The position numbers and the translations under genes were made by a program. A model generated the notes under the pieces. It searched no databases and was not told the DNA's origin. It worked only from the letters and a program-made list of their open reading frames with translations. This document shows positions 50,825-63,620 of a stretch of 64,000 nt of DNA, one piece after another (the first letter of the stretch is position 1; each line of letters opens with the position of its first letter). The stretch covers positions 104,842,001 through 104,906,000 of the forward strand of contig CM069134.1 in the NCBI GenBank assembly GCA_035221665.1, written 5' to 3'. The DNA is from Okamejei kenojei (lineage: Eukaryota).

Positions 50825-52055
50825 TCTATCTATGCAATAACTAAAACTCTCATCTTGTCCTCTTCCGGTTTGTGATGTTCTTAAATTTGTGCAAAATGGT
50901 ACCTGATAGCGCTACGATCTTTAGCCACATTACCCACCGTTTTCCTGTGTTCCAAGCCAATCAAATTTTCTTCTGATCGGTGGAAACATACAAAAGTTAC
51001 GAAGGTTTAAAAAATCGTAAGATCAGCAGATTCGTCTTCTCTCCTGTCAGTCACCAGGACGGCAGCTCCCCTTCCGGCACCCGCTGTCAATCACCGGGGA
51101 GCGGAGAATGAAGCCCCAGAGGCCGAGAGTGAGTGCAGAAAGTCGTGAGTCGGTCAGTGAGTCCAGAAAGCCGTGACTCGGCCAGTGAGCCCAGAAAGCC
51201 GTGATTCGGCAAGTGAGTCCAGAAAACCGTGATTTGGCCAGTGTGTCCAGAAAGCCGCGATTGAGTCCGGAAAGCCGCGAGTGAGCCCGGAAAGCCGCCA
51301 GTGAGTCCGGAATGCCGCCAGTGAGTCCGGAAAGCCACGAGTGAGTGCGAAAAGCCGTGAGTGAGTCCAGAAAGCCTTGAGTCAGTGAGTGTCCAGAAAG
51401 CCGTGATTCCAGAAAGCCATGAGTGCGTCAAGAAAATCGTGAGCGAGTCTGGAAAGTCGTGAGTCAGGGAGTGTCCAGAAAACCGTGAGTTCTGAAAACC
51501 ATGAGCGAGTCTGGAAAGCCGTGCGTGTGTCCAGAAAGCCGTGCGTCAGTGAGTCCAGAAAGCCGTGCGTCAGTGAGTCCAGAAAGCCGTGAGTCAGTGA
51601 GTCGGGAAAGCCGTGAGTCTGTGAGCAAGTACAGAAAACCGTGAGTCAGTGAATGAGTCCAGAAAGCCTTGAGTCAGTGAGCGAGTCCAAAACCGTGAGT
51701 AAGCGAGCAGTCCAGAAAGCCGTGAGTCCGTGAGGGAGTCCAAAGCCGTGAGTCAGTGAGTGTCCAGAAAGCCGCGAGCATGTCCAGAAAGCCGTGAGCC
51801 CAGAAAGCCGTGCGTCAATGAGTGAGTCCAGAAAGCCTTGAGTCAGTGAGTGTCCAGAAAGCCTTGAGTGAGTCCAGAAAGCCACGAGTGAATCTGAAGA
51901 AGGGTCTCAACCCGGAAAGTTGCCTATTTCCTTCTCTCCATAGATGCTGCCACACCCGCTGAGTTTCTCCAGCATTTTTGTCTACCTATTTTCCAGCATC
52001 TGCAGTTCCTTCTTAAACAGTGAGTCCAGAAAGCCGTGCATCCGTGAGTGAGTCT
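50825..52055 (+). mobile_element. Helitron 5' portion carrying a minisatellite
   Basis: A|TCTAT..ACTAAAACTCTCATCTTG start shared with 55785; no 3' hairpin/CTAG found. Confidence 0.6.
51125..52053. repeat. Degenerate minisatellite, ~20-28-bp unit (GTGAGTCCAGAAAGCCGTGAGTCA)
   Basis: Dozens of AGAAAGCCG/GTGAGT copies; interrupted by a Penelope terminus at ~51893-52018. Confidence 0.95.
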
Positions 52056-53559
52056 CTCATATGCGGCTCACCATCCTATAACTGGCTACTCTCCAAGTCG
52101 CTGGGGCTTCACCTGTGGCTAGAGAGGACCCTGAACAAGAGCCCTGAATTGGAGGGCAGGATGCAGGACTAAGAAGATATGTAAATAAAGAAAAGTTGAA
52201 TGTAAGAATGAGAATCTTAACTTTGGGTGCTGCAGCCTAAAATGTGGGAGAAGTTTGTTTTAATAGGCATTGCCCATTTGATCTCCCAACATTAAATCAA
52301 TTGAAAGAGTTGCAGACCATAGGGATGTTAGTGGTCTTGTTGGGGTAGACAATTTCATGACACAAACTTGTGAACTTTTGTCGTAGCTTCAGCCCCAATT
52401 TTTTTTAAATAAGATAAGACATAGAAGCAGAATTAGGCCATTCAACCCATTAAGTCTACTCCATTTAATCCTGGCTGATCTCCTTTGCCTCTCAACCCCA
52501 TTCTCTTGTCTTCACACTGTAACCTATGACACCCTTCCAAGTCAAGAAATATCAATTCCGTCTTAAAAACTTTTGCAAATTAATTGAATGGAAACATGAA
52601 CTGGTAAAGATAGAATGAAGAAAATGGGACCGCAGGGGCATTTGTGAATAATGGGACAAATATTGTAATTTCATAACTATTGGAATATATTGACTGAGCG
52701 AGATAGAGAGAAAGGGAGCAGAAACAGGCTGAATTTGAGAAAGCAAATTGAAGTGAAACTCAAAAAACCAGGAAAGAGAGTAAAAGGGAGATTTAAAAAC
52801 TGACAAAAATTCTAAACCTCATTTTGGATTAATTCTCTGAGAACAAATAATGACTCAAGAAATAAGATTTCATGTTGGTTCCCTTTCTGGGTCAAAGAGG
52901 TTAATTGCTATAGCATTAACAATTACCAGATTTTTGAAAGGGCACATTTTGTCTTATTATTCATGGTTTAACTTTCTGGTGTGAGATTAATGGGACATTT
53001 ATGTATAAGTCAGTAGGTTCTTAAACAAAATAGGGAGGCCAAGGGCTGGATGATGTTAGTTTGTGCAACAAGGCAGTATAATTATACCAGCAAGTTGTGG
53101 CGATAAATAACTCAAGATATATATATTTTTGTTCTCTCTACTTATTACCTTTTTGCATATTAATAGAATCTGCATTGTGGACATATTATTATCTTTATTG
53201 GAAGATCCATCTTATATTCTTAATGCCCAAGAGTGAACAGTCCACAGAATAACTTTGTTTGCTTTTTTTCAGGGAATCAATAGAATGATGCAGTAATTCA
53301 ACCCTTTCCCTGACCCAGTCAGATTAGTTGTTTGACAAATTGTCATAACTGCCCTGTATTAATAGGAAATGTGTATTGGCACATTGCTATTGTTATACCT
53401 TGAGTTCCACAATGTTATTTTGTGAATGTGTTAGGGTGGGAGAGGATGGGGTCTAGATCCCTTCATCTCACGTTATAAATGTGTTCGAAGATGAGAGTTA
53501 ATTGCTGATCTAAAAAAGCGGAGGGGTGAACAGAACCCTATTTTATTTTTTTTTAATCA

Positions 53560-54500
53560 TAAGAATCATGTTGCAGTTTCCCAAAACTTTGGCTAGGCTA
53601 CGTTTGGAGTATTGTGTCCTGTTCTGGTCACCCCATTACATGAAGTATGTGGAGGCTTTGGAGAGTGTCCAGAAAAGGTTGCTGCCTGGGTTAGAACATA
53701 TCATCTATAAGTAGAAGTTGGACAAATTTGCATTATTTTCTTTGGAGAGTCAAAGGCTGAGGGAGGACCTGATAAAAGTGTAGAAAATTATGAGAGACAT
53801 AGACAAGATAGATAGTCAGATCCTTTTACTCAGTGTGGATATGCCATAACCAAAGGGCATAGCTTTAAGGTGAGAGCAGAACATTTTAAAGGAGATGTGT
53901 GGGACAAGTAATTTACACAGAGGGTGATAGGTGTCTGGAACATACTGCCAGGAGTGGTAATGGAAACAGATATCATTGTGGCATTTAAGAAGCAATGATT
54001 CATCAACAAAACTGCTGTGGAGATGGTCAACTGTTTCAAGTTCCTAGGCATTTCTATCACCAGCAACATAACATGGTCCCTTCACACAGATGCACTGATC
54101 AAAAAAACATATCTTTGTATTTACTTTCTTTAGCATCTGAGAAGATTTGGAGCCCCATGAGAATTCCTTCAAACATCTACAGATGCACTACGGGAAGTAT
54201 TCTGATGGGATGCATGTCAGCTTGGTATGACAAGTGCTCTGTTCTTGACTGACTGAACCAGCCAAGAGTGGTGAAAACAACCCAGTTCGTCACAAGCTCA
54301 TCACTTGTTTCCATCCAGTTCATCTTCATGGTCGGTTGCATCAAAAAGGCTGGAAGTATTATCAAGGGTGCCTGTGAACTTGACCATTCCCTTTTCTTTC
54401 TTTCACTTTCTGGGGGAAGATACAGGAGCTTGAATGCCTAGCTGTCCAGACTTAGAAACAGTTTCATCCCCATTGCCATCATAGTGCTAAATACAGTATC
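53560..54500 (+). mobile_element. Old CR1 3' fragment (53560-53995) followed by a Rex1/Babar-type fragment (53995-54500)
   Basis: RLEYCVLFWSPHY..; then ttcaagttcctaggc (FKFLG), IYRCTTGSILMGCMSAWY. Confidence 0.72.
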
Positions 54501-54670
54501 TTCGATGTTTACACAATCTGTTGTGCTGCTGCAAGTAGTTGCCCCACACGTCTCCTTTAAAATGCTCCACTCTCACCTTAAAGCTAAGCCCTTTGGTGTT
54601 CACATATCCACACTGAGAATATGGTTCAGATTATCTGTTTTCCGATGTTTTCTTTTTGGACATCTACCTA

Positions 54671-55784
54671 TCTATATAACCAAACGTCTCATCATGACCA
54701 CTTCCTGTCTGCACTCTATATTGATTTTAGAAAAAACGCTACCATATATTGCTATGATTTTTGGCCATCTTACTCTGAGTCCTCCCCCGCTGAAGCAGCC
54801 CCAAGGAAGTTTCCGATCAATGAAAAAAAAAGTTATGAATGTTTTAAAAATCTTGAGATCAGCTGATTGGTCCTCTCACCTGTCAATCACCATGATGAAG
54901 GTAACGCCCCTTCTAGGGGGGCAGGACTATAAAACCTCAGATGCCTGGACATGAGTCAGTCACTCTGGAAGATCGCGAGGGAGAGGCCACAAGTGTGATT
55001 CTGCTGTGAGTCTACTGTACTGTGAGTCTACCCTTTATGTGGTTAAGTGGGTTATGTGGTTATGTACTTTATGTGGTTAACCCTTTATGTGCTTGCAATA
55101 AATGATTTGTTAGCCAGCAATGTGCTTGCAATGAATGATGATTTGTTAACCTGTAATGTACTTGCAATAAATGATTTGTTAGCCCTTAATGAAATGAAAT
55201 GAATTATTTGGCCTGCCCTGTGCTTGAAATTGAAATGGAAATGGAAATTAAATGAAATGAATTGTTTGGCCTGCCCTGTGCTTTTGCTTTTGCTTTGCCT
55301 TTGTTTTGCTTGAGCTCACGCAAAATGAAAACAAATGGATTGTATTGTTGGCTGGGCCCCCCTGCCCTGTGCTTTTGCTTTGCCTTTGTTTTGCTTGAGC
55401 TCACCCAAAATGAAAACAAATGGATTGTATTGTTGGCTGGGCCCGCCTGCCCTGTGCTTTTGCTTTTGCTTTGCCTTTGCTGCGCTTGACCTCACCTGAG
55501 ATGAAAGCAAATGGATTGTTGGCTGGCCTCACCTGCCCTGTGCTTGACTTGATGACTTGAAATGGATTGACTTGACATGAAATGGATTGAAATGGATTGT
55601 TGGCCCAACACTTAATTTGCTTGACTTGACTTGACCCACAACACCCATGCTAGTGCTCAAGAACCACCCCCACCCCCCCACCCCCACCCCACCAATATTG
55701 GAATTGGTGGAGAGGTGGAATATTGCATTGGAGGATCAGCCTTCCTGTGTGAACCTAGGACCCAACAGGTCCCACTTAGTTTAG
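54671..55784 (+). mobile_element. Non-autonomous Helitron
   Basis: A|TCTATATAAC start; ends GGACCCAACAGGTCCC ACTTAGTTTAG|T; homologous to 3191-4200; internal repeat of mostly 85-91 bp (CCTGCCCTGTGCTT at 55212, 55270, 55361, 55446, 55532). Confidence 0.8.
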
Positions 55785-56503
55785 TATATTACTAAAACTC
55801 TCATCTTGTTTCTATGCGTGTGTGCGTGTGTGTCTGTAATTGTGATCCAGCACCTATGCCAAAATGGTATTAAATAGCACTACCATTTTTGCACCACCTC
55901 ACTCACCATTGTCCTGTGGTCATTTGTGTCACGTTTCTTTCAGATTGTTGTTATATTTCACAAGTTATTGACATTTAAAAATGTACAAAACCCCACTTTG
56001 AGAAGGATTTCTTAAAATCTGACCTGGCAGTTACCAGCTATGATGTCACAATTCAATGTTGCTAACTGAGGACATTGAGTCCTTGACAGCAAATGTCCTT
56101 CAGGGGAAGAATCTGTCAGCCCAGAACATATGTGATTGCAAAGCCACAGCAAAGTTTAATGGCCTTGTTGGTGGCACCTACACTAAAGAATCACTCTAAA
56201 GAATAACAAAATGTTAGTGCAATTGCATTTTTTTTGTTTAAAATGAGGGAGGTTGAAAAAATGAGCCGACCTGCACAGTTGGGGTCTATGGGTGGGTGGG
56301 GGAATATTGCATTCGGGGAACAGGCTGCGTTGGGGAAACGGTTGAGTGGTGAAATCGTACGTTGGGGAACGGGTTGCATTGGGGGACCGGGCCTCCCATG
56401 GGGGCTATAGGTGAGTGGTCTAATATTGCATAGGGGGAACGGGTTGTGTTGGGGGACCTGGCCTCCCATGTGACAGGGACACAACGGGTTCCACTTGGTC
56501 GAG
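55785..56503 (+). mobile_element. Second Helitron unit, head-to-tail
   Basis: Begins TATATTACTAAAACTCTCATCTTG directly after TTAG; ends GGGACACAACGGGTTCC ACTTGGTCGAG|T. Confidence 0.72.
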
Positions 56504-56725
56504 TATGACAATAAGAACACTTGACGTTTAACTCCCTGTCTCTACATAGTTGATTCATATTGTTAGCTATCCTGGAATATATCTTGGGAAGAAAGATACT
56601 GAGACATCAGAATTACTGGAGCATATGAGAAATTTAATTTGCCAAGTCAGTCATAACGGAACACTCAAAACACATTTTAACATAAACATCCATCACAGTG
56701 ACTCCTCCACATTTCTCCCTGTGAT

Positions 56726-57753
56726 ATAACCATATAACCATATAACCATATAACAATTACAGCACGGAAACAGGCCCTCTCGGCCCTTCCAGTCCGTGCC
56801 GACCATTTGCTTTCCCCTAGTCCCATCTACCTGCACTCAGACCATACCCCTCCATTCCCTTCACGTCCATATACCTATCCACTTTACTCTTAAATGTTAA
56901 AATCGATCCTGCCTCCACCACTTCTGCTGGAAGCTGATTCCACACAGCCACCACCCTCTGAGTAAAGAAGTTCCCCCTCACGTTACCCCAAAACCTCTGT
57001 CCCTTAATTCTCATGTCATGCCCTCTTGTTTGAATCTTCCCTACCCTCAATGGGAAAAACTTATCCACGTCAACTCTGTCTATCCCTTTCATCATTTTAA
57101 AGACCTCAATCAAGTCCCCCCTTAACCTTCTGCGCTCCAAAGAATAAAGACCTAACTTGTTCAACCTTTCTCTGTAACATAGTTGCTGGAACCCTGGCAA
57201 CATTCTAGTAAATCTCCTCTGTACTCTCTCTATTTTGTTGACATCCTTCCTATAACTAGGCGACCAAAATTGTACACCATACTCCAGAATTGGTCTTACC
57301 AATGCCTTGTACAATTTTAACATTACTTCCCTACTCCTATATTCAATGCTCTGATTTATAAAGGCCAGCACACCAAAGGCTTTCTTTACCACCCTATCTA
57401 CATGCGATTCCACCTTCAGGGAACTATGCACAGTTATTCCTAGATCCCTCTGTTCCACAGCATTCCTCAATTCCCTACCATTTACCATGTACGTCCTATT
57501 TTGATTTGTCCTGCCAAGATGTAGCACTTCACACTTATCAGCATTAAACTCCATCTGCCATCTTTCAGCCCACTTTTCCAAATGGCCCAAATCTCTCTGT
57601 AGATTTTGAAAATCTACTTCATTATCCACAACACCACCTATCTTAGTATCATCTGCATACTTACTTATCCAATTTTCCACCCCATCATCCAGATCATTGA
57701 TGTACATGACAAACAACAGTGGACCCAACACAGATCCCTGAGGCACCCCACTG
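56726..57753 (-). mobile_element. Young 5'-truncated CR1 (open 309-aa frame)
   Basis: PQGSVLGP, YADD through ..GRWD; (ACCATATA)n tail; splits the retroposon at ctgtgat|..|tgatggaagg. Confidence 0.97.
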
Positions 57754-58290
57754 ATGGAAGGTGAAAAAAGTTAAATCTCTTCCCTTTGCTCTCTCGCGGT
57801 CGGTGGCCTCGAGCTCTCCATTAACGGGGTGATCTTGACCTGTAGCCGGCGGTGAGCCGTCCACGTCAAGATGATCAGTTCCTACATTGGGGGGATGTCA
57901 GTTCCCTTGTGCCGGACGATCGAACCCCGCATCGGGGCTGGTCAAACCTTCTGCGACTTTGGAACTCCCGACATCCTTGGCCTCTCCCGAGACTGTGAGC
58001 TCCCGATATAAAGTCCGTAGGCCGTGATTGGAGTGATCCCAGGCAATGGATCGACTTTGACGTTAAGTCCATGCCTCTGCGCTGGGGCCCTAGGTCAGTC
58101 CGAGGAGGCCTCCAGCTCCATCGATGGTAGGACGCAGAGCGATCGGAGAATGAGATCCAAAAATTAATCGCATCTCCGGTAAGGTAAGAAACTGAAAAAA
58201 AAGTTTCCCTGACCCCTTCCCCTCCCACCACATAAAACAAACTGGAGCACATTTACATAGACTTTGAACACACACTACAAATTTAAAAAA
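57752..58290 (-). mobile_element. Retroposon of the 18871 family; rest at ~56660-56725
   Basis: Colinear with 19035-19570 (ggggatgtcagttccc, gtccgaggaggc.tccagctccatcgatgg). Confidence 0.75.
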
Positions 58291-59557
58291 TGAGGCATTA
58301 TTGATTCCACCATTCCTAAGGTCATCTGCTGCCAGTCCAGATTGTTCCTGTCTTTTCTCGCTTTAAGTCCAATCCACCCCACCTCTATCATTCAGTCTGA
58401 AGAAAGGTTCCGATCTAATATGTCACCAAGTCCTTCTCTCCAGAGATGCTGTCTGATCCACGGAGTTACTCCAGCATATTTTTGTCTGACTTATATATAT
58501 GTTGTATGTTTGTCTTTTTCTTTTGCTTTTCTCCATTAAAGAGGGAAGATAACATAAATTACATATTTAAAATTGGGTTGGCGCCACTTTTAAGTATCAT
58601 GTAATCAATACTGCCTGTGATATTATTGCAACCATGTTAAAGATAGTACATTCCAGCCAATCTCTGTCTGTATATGCGTTGGGAATCTGCCTACATATGG
58701 GTTGATTATTTTCCTTATCTATTCCTATTATAAGATACCTTTATTGTTAATTTAAAACCAAATTATCCTTTATCACCCTACTGAGTGAACCAAAGTAAGA
58801 CACTAGATATCCTTTGAAAATTTAGAACTGTACTGTTTGGAAATATGTGAGCTTTTGGAAGAGTGCAGTGTTAGTCACAGTAAACTGGTAGTTTAAGTCC
58901 TGAAGGAAATAGTTCTCTTGAGAGCAATATCCAGTTGAGTACATTATTGAGAAGGTCTACAATAATAGTGATGAAGACCATTAACCAGCACAATGGAGCT
59001 TATTCATGACTTACCTGGTCAATTTCTAATGCACCATTGCCTGCAGTTCAAATTGTTCAATGTGAAAATTCTTCTCAAAGTGAGCCAGGAAATAAGGCAC
59101 CTTAAAATCATCCAAACGTATAAGATAATATTATATCATAATCAGCATTGCAAATCTTCATTCTTGCTGTTTCCTGAAAGGAAAGAAATGGCTAAAGAAA
59201 TAATCAGTATGATGTTGGTTTGCACCCGGGTCAAAAACTATGAAAGTAGTTGGAGATTCTGAACCATATTATGGCTCGATTTTTCTTGTGGAATTTGGTG
59301 ACTCCGAGTCATCTTTTGTTTACTGAGAAACTACACACCACCCATAAATATGTTACTAAAGTAACTCTGTTGAATCTCAGCATTCAAGTAACACTGAGCG
59401 TGTAGTAATCACTCAGTCATGGATGAGCTAGTCATTGAGGCTGGATGGTCAAGACAGCTTTCAGCACAGTGGCCTTCATCAATCAGAGTGTTGAGTATAG
59501 AAGTTTGGGGGTCCAGTTGCAGTTTTATAGGATATTGGTGAGGCCACATTTAGAATA

Positions 59558-62301
59558 ATAACCATATAACCATATAACAATTACAGCACGGAGACAGGCC
59601 CTCTCGGCCCTTCCAGTCCGTGCCGACCATTTGTTTTCCCCTAGTCCCATCTACCTGCACTCAGACCATACCCCTCCATTCCCTTCACGTCCATATACCT
59701 ATCCACTTTACTTTTAAATGTTAAAATCGATCCTGCCTCCACCACCTCTGCTGGAAGCTCATTCCACACAGCCACCACCCTCTGAGTAAAGAAGTTCCCC
59801 CTCACGTTACCCCTAAACTTCTGTCCCTTAATTCTCATGTCATGCCCTCTTGTTTGAATCTTCCCTACCCTCAATGGGAAAAGCTTATCCACGTCAACTC
59901 TGTTTATCCCTTTCATCATTTTAAAGACCTCAATCAAGCCCCCCCTTAACCTTCTGCGCTCCAAAGAATAAAGACCTAACTTGTTCAACCTTTCTCTGTA
60001 ACATAGTTGCTGGAACCCTGGCAACATTCTAGTAAATCTCCTCTGTACTCTCTCTATTTTGTTGACATCCTTCCTATAACTAGGCGACCAAAATTGTACA
60101 CCATACTCCAGAATTGGTCTTACCAATGCCTTGTACAATTTTAACATTACTTCCCTACTCCTACATTCAATGCTCTGATTTATAAAGGCCAGCACACCAA
60201 AGGCTTTCTTTACCACCCTATCTACATGCGATTCCACCTTCAGGGAACTATGCACAGTTATTCCTAGATCCCTCTGTTCCACAGCATTCCTCAATTCCCT
60301 ACCATTTACCATGTACGTCCTATTTTGATTTGTCCTGCCAAGATGTAGCACTTCACACTTATCAGCATTAAACTCCATCTGCCATCTTTCAGCCCACGTT
60401 TCCAAATGGCCCAAATCTCTCTGTAGACTTTGAGAATCTACTTCATTATCCACAATACCACCTATCTTAGTATCATCTGCATACTTACTTATCCAATTTT
60501 CCACCCCATCATCCAGATAATTGATGTACATGACAAACAACAGTGGACCCAACACAGATCCCTGAGGCACCCCACTGGTCACCGGCTTCCAACCTGACAA
60601 ACAGCCATCCACCATTACTCTCTGACATCTCCCATTCAGCCACTGTTGAATCCATCTTGCTACTCCGCCATTAACACCCAAAGATTGAACCTTCTGAACC
60701 AACCTTCCATGGGGAACCTTGTCAAAGGCCTTACTGAAATCCATATAGACAACATCCACTGCTTTACCCTCATCAATTTCCCTAGTTACCGCTTCAAAAA
60801 ATTCAAGAAGGTTTGTCAAACATGACCTTCCAGGCACAAATCCATGTTGACTGTTCCTGATCAGACCCTGTTTATCCAGATGCTTATATATATTATCTCT
60901 AAGTATCCTTTCCATTAATTTGCCCACCACTGACGTCAAACTAATAGGTCTATAATTGCTAGGTTTATTCTTTGAACCCTTTTTAAACAATGGAACAACA
61001 TGCGCAGTACGCCAATCCTCCGGCACTATTCCCGTTTCTAATGACCTTTGAAATATTTCTGTCATAGCTCCTGCTATTTCTACACTAACTTCCCTCAATG
61101 TCCTAGGGAATATCCTGTCAGGACCTGGAGACTTATCCACCTTTATATTTTTTAAAAGTGTCAGTACTTCCTCCTCTTTGAATCTCATAGTTTCCATAGC
61201 TACTCTACTTTTTTCCCTTACCTCACAGAGTTCAATATCCTTCTCCTTGGTGAATACTGAAGAAAAGAAATTGTTCAATATCTCCCCCATCTCTTTTGGC
61301 TCTGCAGATAGCTGTCCATTCTGGTTCTCTAATGGTCCAATTTTATCCCTCGTTATCCTTTTGCTATTAATATAGCTGTAGAAACCCTTTGCATTTACTT
61401 TCACCTTTCTTGCCAAAGCAACCTCATATCTTCTTTTAGCCTTCCTAATTTCTTTCTTAAGATTCTTTTTACATTCTTTATACTCCTCCAGCACCTCATT
61501 TACTCCATGCCTCCTATAATTATTGTAGATATCTCTCTTTTTTTGAAACAAGTGTCTAATTTCCCTTGAAAACCATGGCTCTTTCCAATTTTTACTATTT
61601 CCTTTCAACCTAACAGGGACATAAAGATTCTGTACTCTTACAATTTCCCCTTTAAATGTCCTCCATTTCTCTTCTACATCCTTCCCATGAAACAAAGTGT
61701 CCCAATTCACTCCTTTAAAATCCTCACGCATTCCCTCAAAGTTAGCCTTTCTCCAATCAAAAATATCCACTTTAGGTCCTGTTCTGACTTGCTCCATAAT
61801 TATATTGAAGCTAATGGTATTGTGATCACTGGTCCCGAAGTGCTCACCAACGCATACGTCCGTCACCTGTCCTGCCTCATTTCCTAACAGGAGGTCCAGC
61901 ACTGCCCCTTCTCTGGTCGGTACCTCTATGTACTGCTGCAAAAAACTATCCTGCACACATTTTACAAACTCCAAACCATCCAGACCATTTACAGAATGTG
62001 TTTCCCAGTCTATTTTTGGGAAATTGAAATCTCCCACAATCACTACCTTGTGCTTACTACTAATATCTGCTATCTCCTTACATATTTGCTCTTCCAATTC
62101 TCGCTCCCCATTTGGCGGTCTATAGTACACCCCTAAAAGTGTTGCTACACCGTTCCCACTTCTCAGTTCCACCCAAATAGCCTCCCTAGACGAACCCTCT
62201 AATCTATCCTGCCAAAGCACTGCTGTAATATCCTCTCTGACAAGCAATGCAACACCTCCACCTCTGGTCCCTCCAATTCTATCACCCCTGAAGCAACGAA
62301 A
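59558..62301 (-). mobile_element. Young CR1 LINE, truncated within the endonuclease
   Basis: (ACCATATA)n tail, 3'UTR, uninterrupted ORF2. Confidence 0.97.
59641..62247 (-). CDS. CR1 ORF2 (partial APE endonuclease + RT), 868 aa open
   Basis: YYRPP, GDFN, LDL, SDH (endonuclease); KSPGPD, NYRPISLTS, GVPQGSVLGP, YADD (RT); no stops; N-terminus missing. Confidence 0.95.
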   Translation of the reverse strand: MLVREDITAVLWQDRLEGSSREAIWVELRSGNGVATLLGVYYRPPNGERELEEQICKEIADISSKHKVVIVGDFNFPKIDWETHSVNGLDGLEFVKCVQDSFLQQYIEVPTREGAVLDLLLGNEAGQVTDVCVGEHFGTSDHNTISFNIIMEQVRTGPKVDIFDWRKANFEGMREDFKGVNWDTLFHGKDVEEKWRTFKGEIVRVQNLYVPVRLKGNSKNWKEPWFSREIRHLFQKKRDIYNNYRRHGVNEVLEEYKECKKNLKKEIRKAKRRYEVALARKVKVNAKGFYSYINSKRITRDKIGPLENQNGQLSAEPKEMGEILNNFFSSVFTKEKDIELCEVREKSRVAMETMRFKEEEVLTLLKNIKVDKSPGPDRIFPRTLREVSVEIAGAMTEIFQRSLETGIVPEDWRTAHVVPLFKKGSKNKPSNYRPISLTSVVGKLMERILRDNIYKHLDKQGLIRNSQHGFVPGRSCLTNLLEFFEAVTREIDEGKAVDVVYMDFSKAFDKVPHGRLVQKVQSLGVNGGVARWIQQWLNGRCQRVMVDGCLSGWKPVTSGVPQGSVLGPLLFVMYINYLDDGVENWISKYADDTKIGGIVDNEVDSQSLQRDLGHLETWAERWQMEFNADKCEVLHLGRTNQNRTYMVNGRELRNAVEQRDLGITVHSSLKVESHVDRVVKKAFGVLAFINQSIECRSREVMLKLYKALVRPILEYGVQFWSPSYRKDVNKIERVQRRFTRMLPGFQQLCYRERLNKLGLYSLERRRLRGGLIEVFKMMKGINRVDVDKLFPLRVGKIQTRGHDMRIKGQKFRGNVRGNFFTQRVVAVWNELPAEVVEAGSILTFKSKVDRYMDVKGMEGYGLSAGRWD

Positions 62302-63620
62302 TTGTGTTCGGTTTTGAGCATCCTCTTATAAGAAAGATGGTGACAAGCTGGAAAAATGTAGAGAAGATTTATGAGGATGTTTCCAGGACTCGAAGACCTG
62401 AGCTAAAGGGAGAGATTAAGCAGGCTAGGACTATTCCTTGGAGTGCAGGAGGATGAGGGGTGATCTTATAGAGGTGTATAATATATTGAAAGGAATAGAT
62501 CGGGTAAACACACAGAGTCTCTTGCCCATAGTAGGGGAATTGAGGGCCAGAGGATACATTTAACGTGAGGGGGGAAAGATTTAAGAGGAACCTGAGGGGT
62601 ACCTTTTTTACACAAAGGGTGATGGGTGTATGGAATGAGTTGCCAGAGGAGATAGTTGAGGCAGGTGCTATCACAACTTTTAAGAAACATTCAGACAGGT
62701 ACATGGATAGGATAGGCTTAGAGTGATATTGGCCAATGCAGGTAGGTGGGACTAATGTTGGCAGGACATGTTGGTCACCGTCGGCAGGTTGGGCTGGAAG
62801 GCCTGTTTCCATGCTGTATGCAAACAGGTTTCCATGCTCTATGACTCTATCAGAGTCATGCAAATCATAGATCAATATTACTACTTATTCCATTACTGCA
62901 GCAAAAAGAGAACCCAGGTCATTACTATTCTGAATTCTGGCAAGTGTGGCAGGAAGCAAACCTCATCCGCTTCAAAGCAATTGCGTTGATATAATTTTTA
63001 TAACGTTAATATTAAACTATCTCATTATGCACTCTTGCACATTTATGACTTTTTGATTAACATTGAACACATTTGCTTATTGTGTAATTTTGGTTCTATT
63101 CAACATTTCACTGCAATTTCTAACTTGAAATGGATGAATTCATATTTTGAGCAAAATGTTTTTATATTTATACGTCCATACAACATAAGAGGCCATTTGG
63201 CCAACAGAATCTGTGCAGATTCACAGAGGAAACCCATCAATCCCCTTCCCTCACCTATTTCCTTGTTATACCATTGTATGTGATGGTTAATTCATCTTTA
63301 TTCTCCAATCACCCACCTAAACTATGGGCAATTTACAATCATAACCAGTTAACCTACCTACCAGCATGTCTTTAGGATAGGGGTAGAAAGCAAAAATTCA
63401 GTGAAAACATGAAGAATGTATAATCTCCACACGGGCAGTGCCTGGGCTGTGAAGCACCTGCACTACCTGCTACATCACTGTTGAACTTGTATTGACTATG
63501 CAAAACATGGCTACTGCAGAGAGGGCAGTCAAAGCTATAATGTAGTTGCTATGGATGATTATATAATGCTGGTATAACAACGTTTTCCTGAGTTGTGTTA
63601 TGGCTTTTGTAAAATACTAA

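Larger units (their letters stand above)
59465..62850 (+). mobile_element. Older CR1 3' half (59465-59557 and 62301-62850) split by a younger antisense CR1
   Basis: ttggtgaggccacatttagaat|attgtgttcggttttg rejoins as LVRPHLEYCV.F; ends ctgtttccatgct.tatgactctat. Confidence 0.85.

Noticed and set aside
51087-51885. Repetitive ORFs / possible CRISPR array
   Set aside because: Degenerate minisatellite; no spacers, no cas genes, eukaryotic context
54484-54954. 156-aa ORF
   Set aside because: Spans a Rex-like relic, antisense CR1 and the Helitron start; chimeric chance frame
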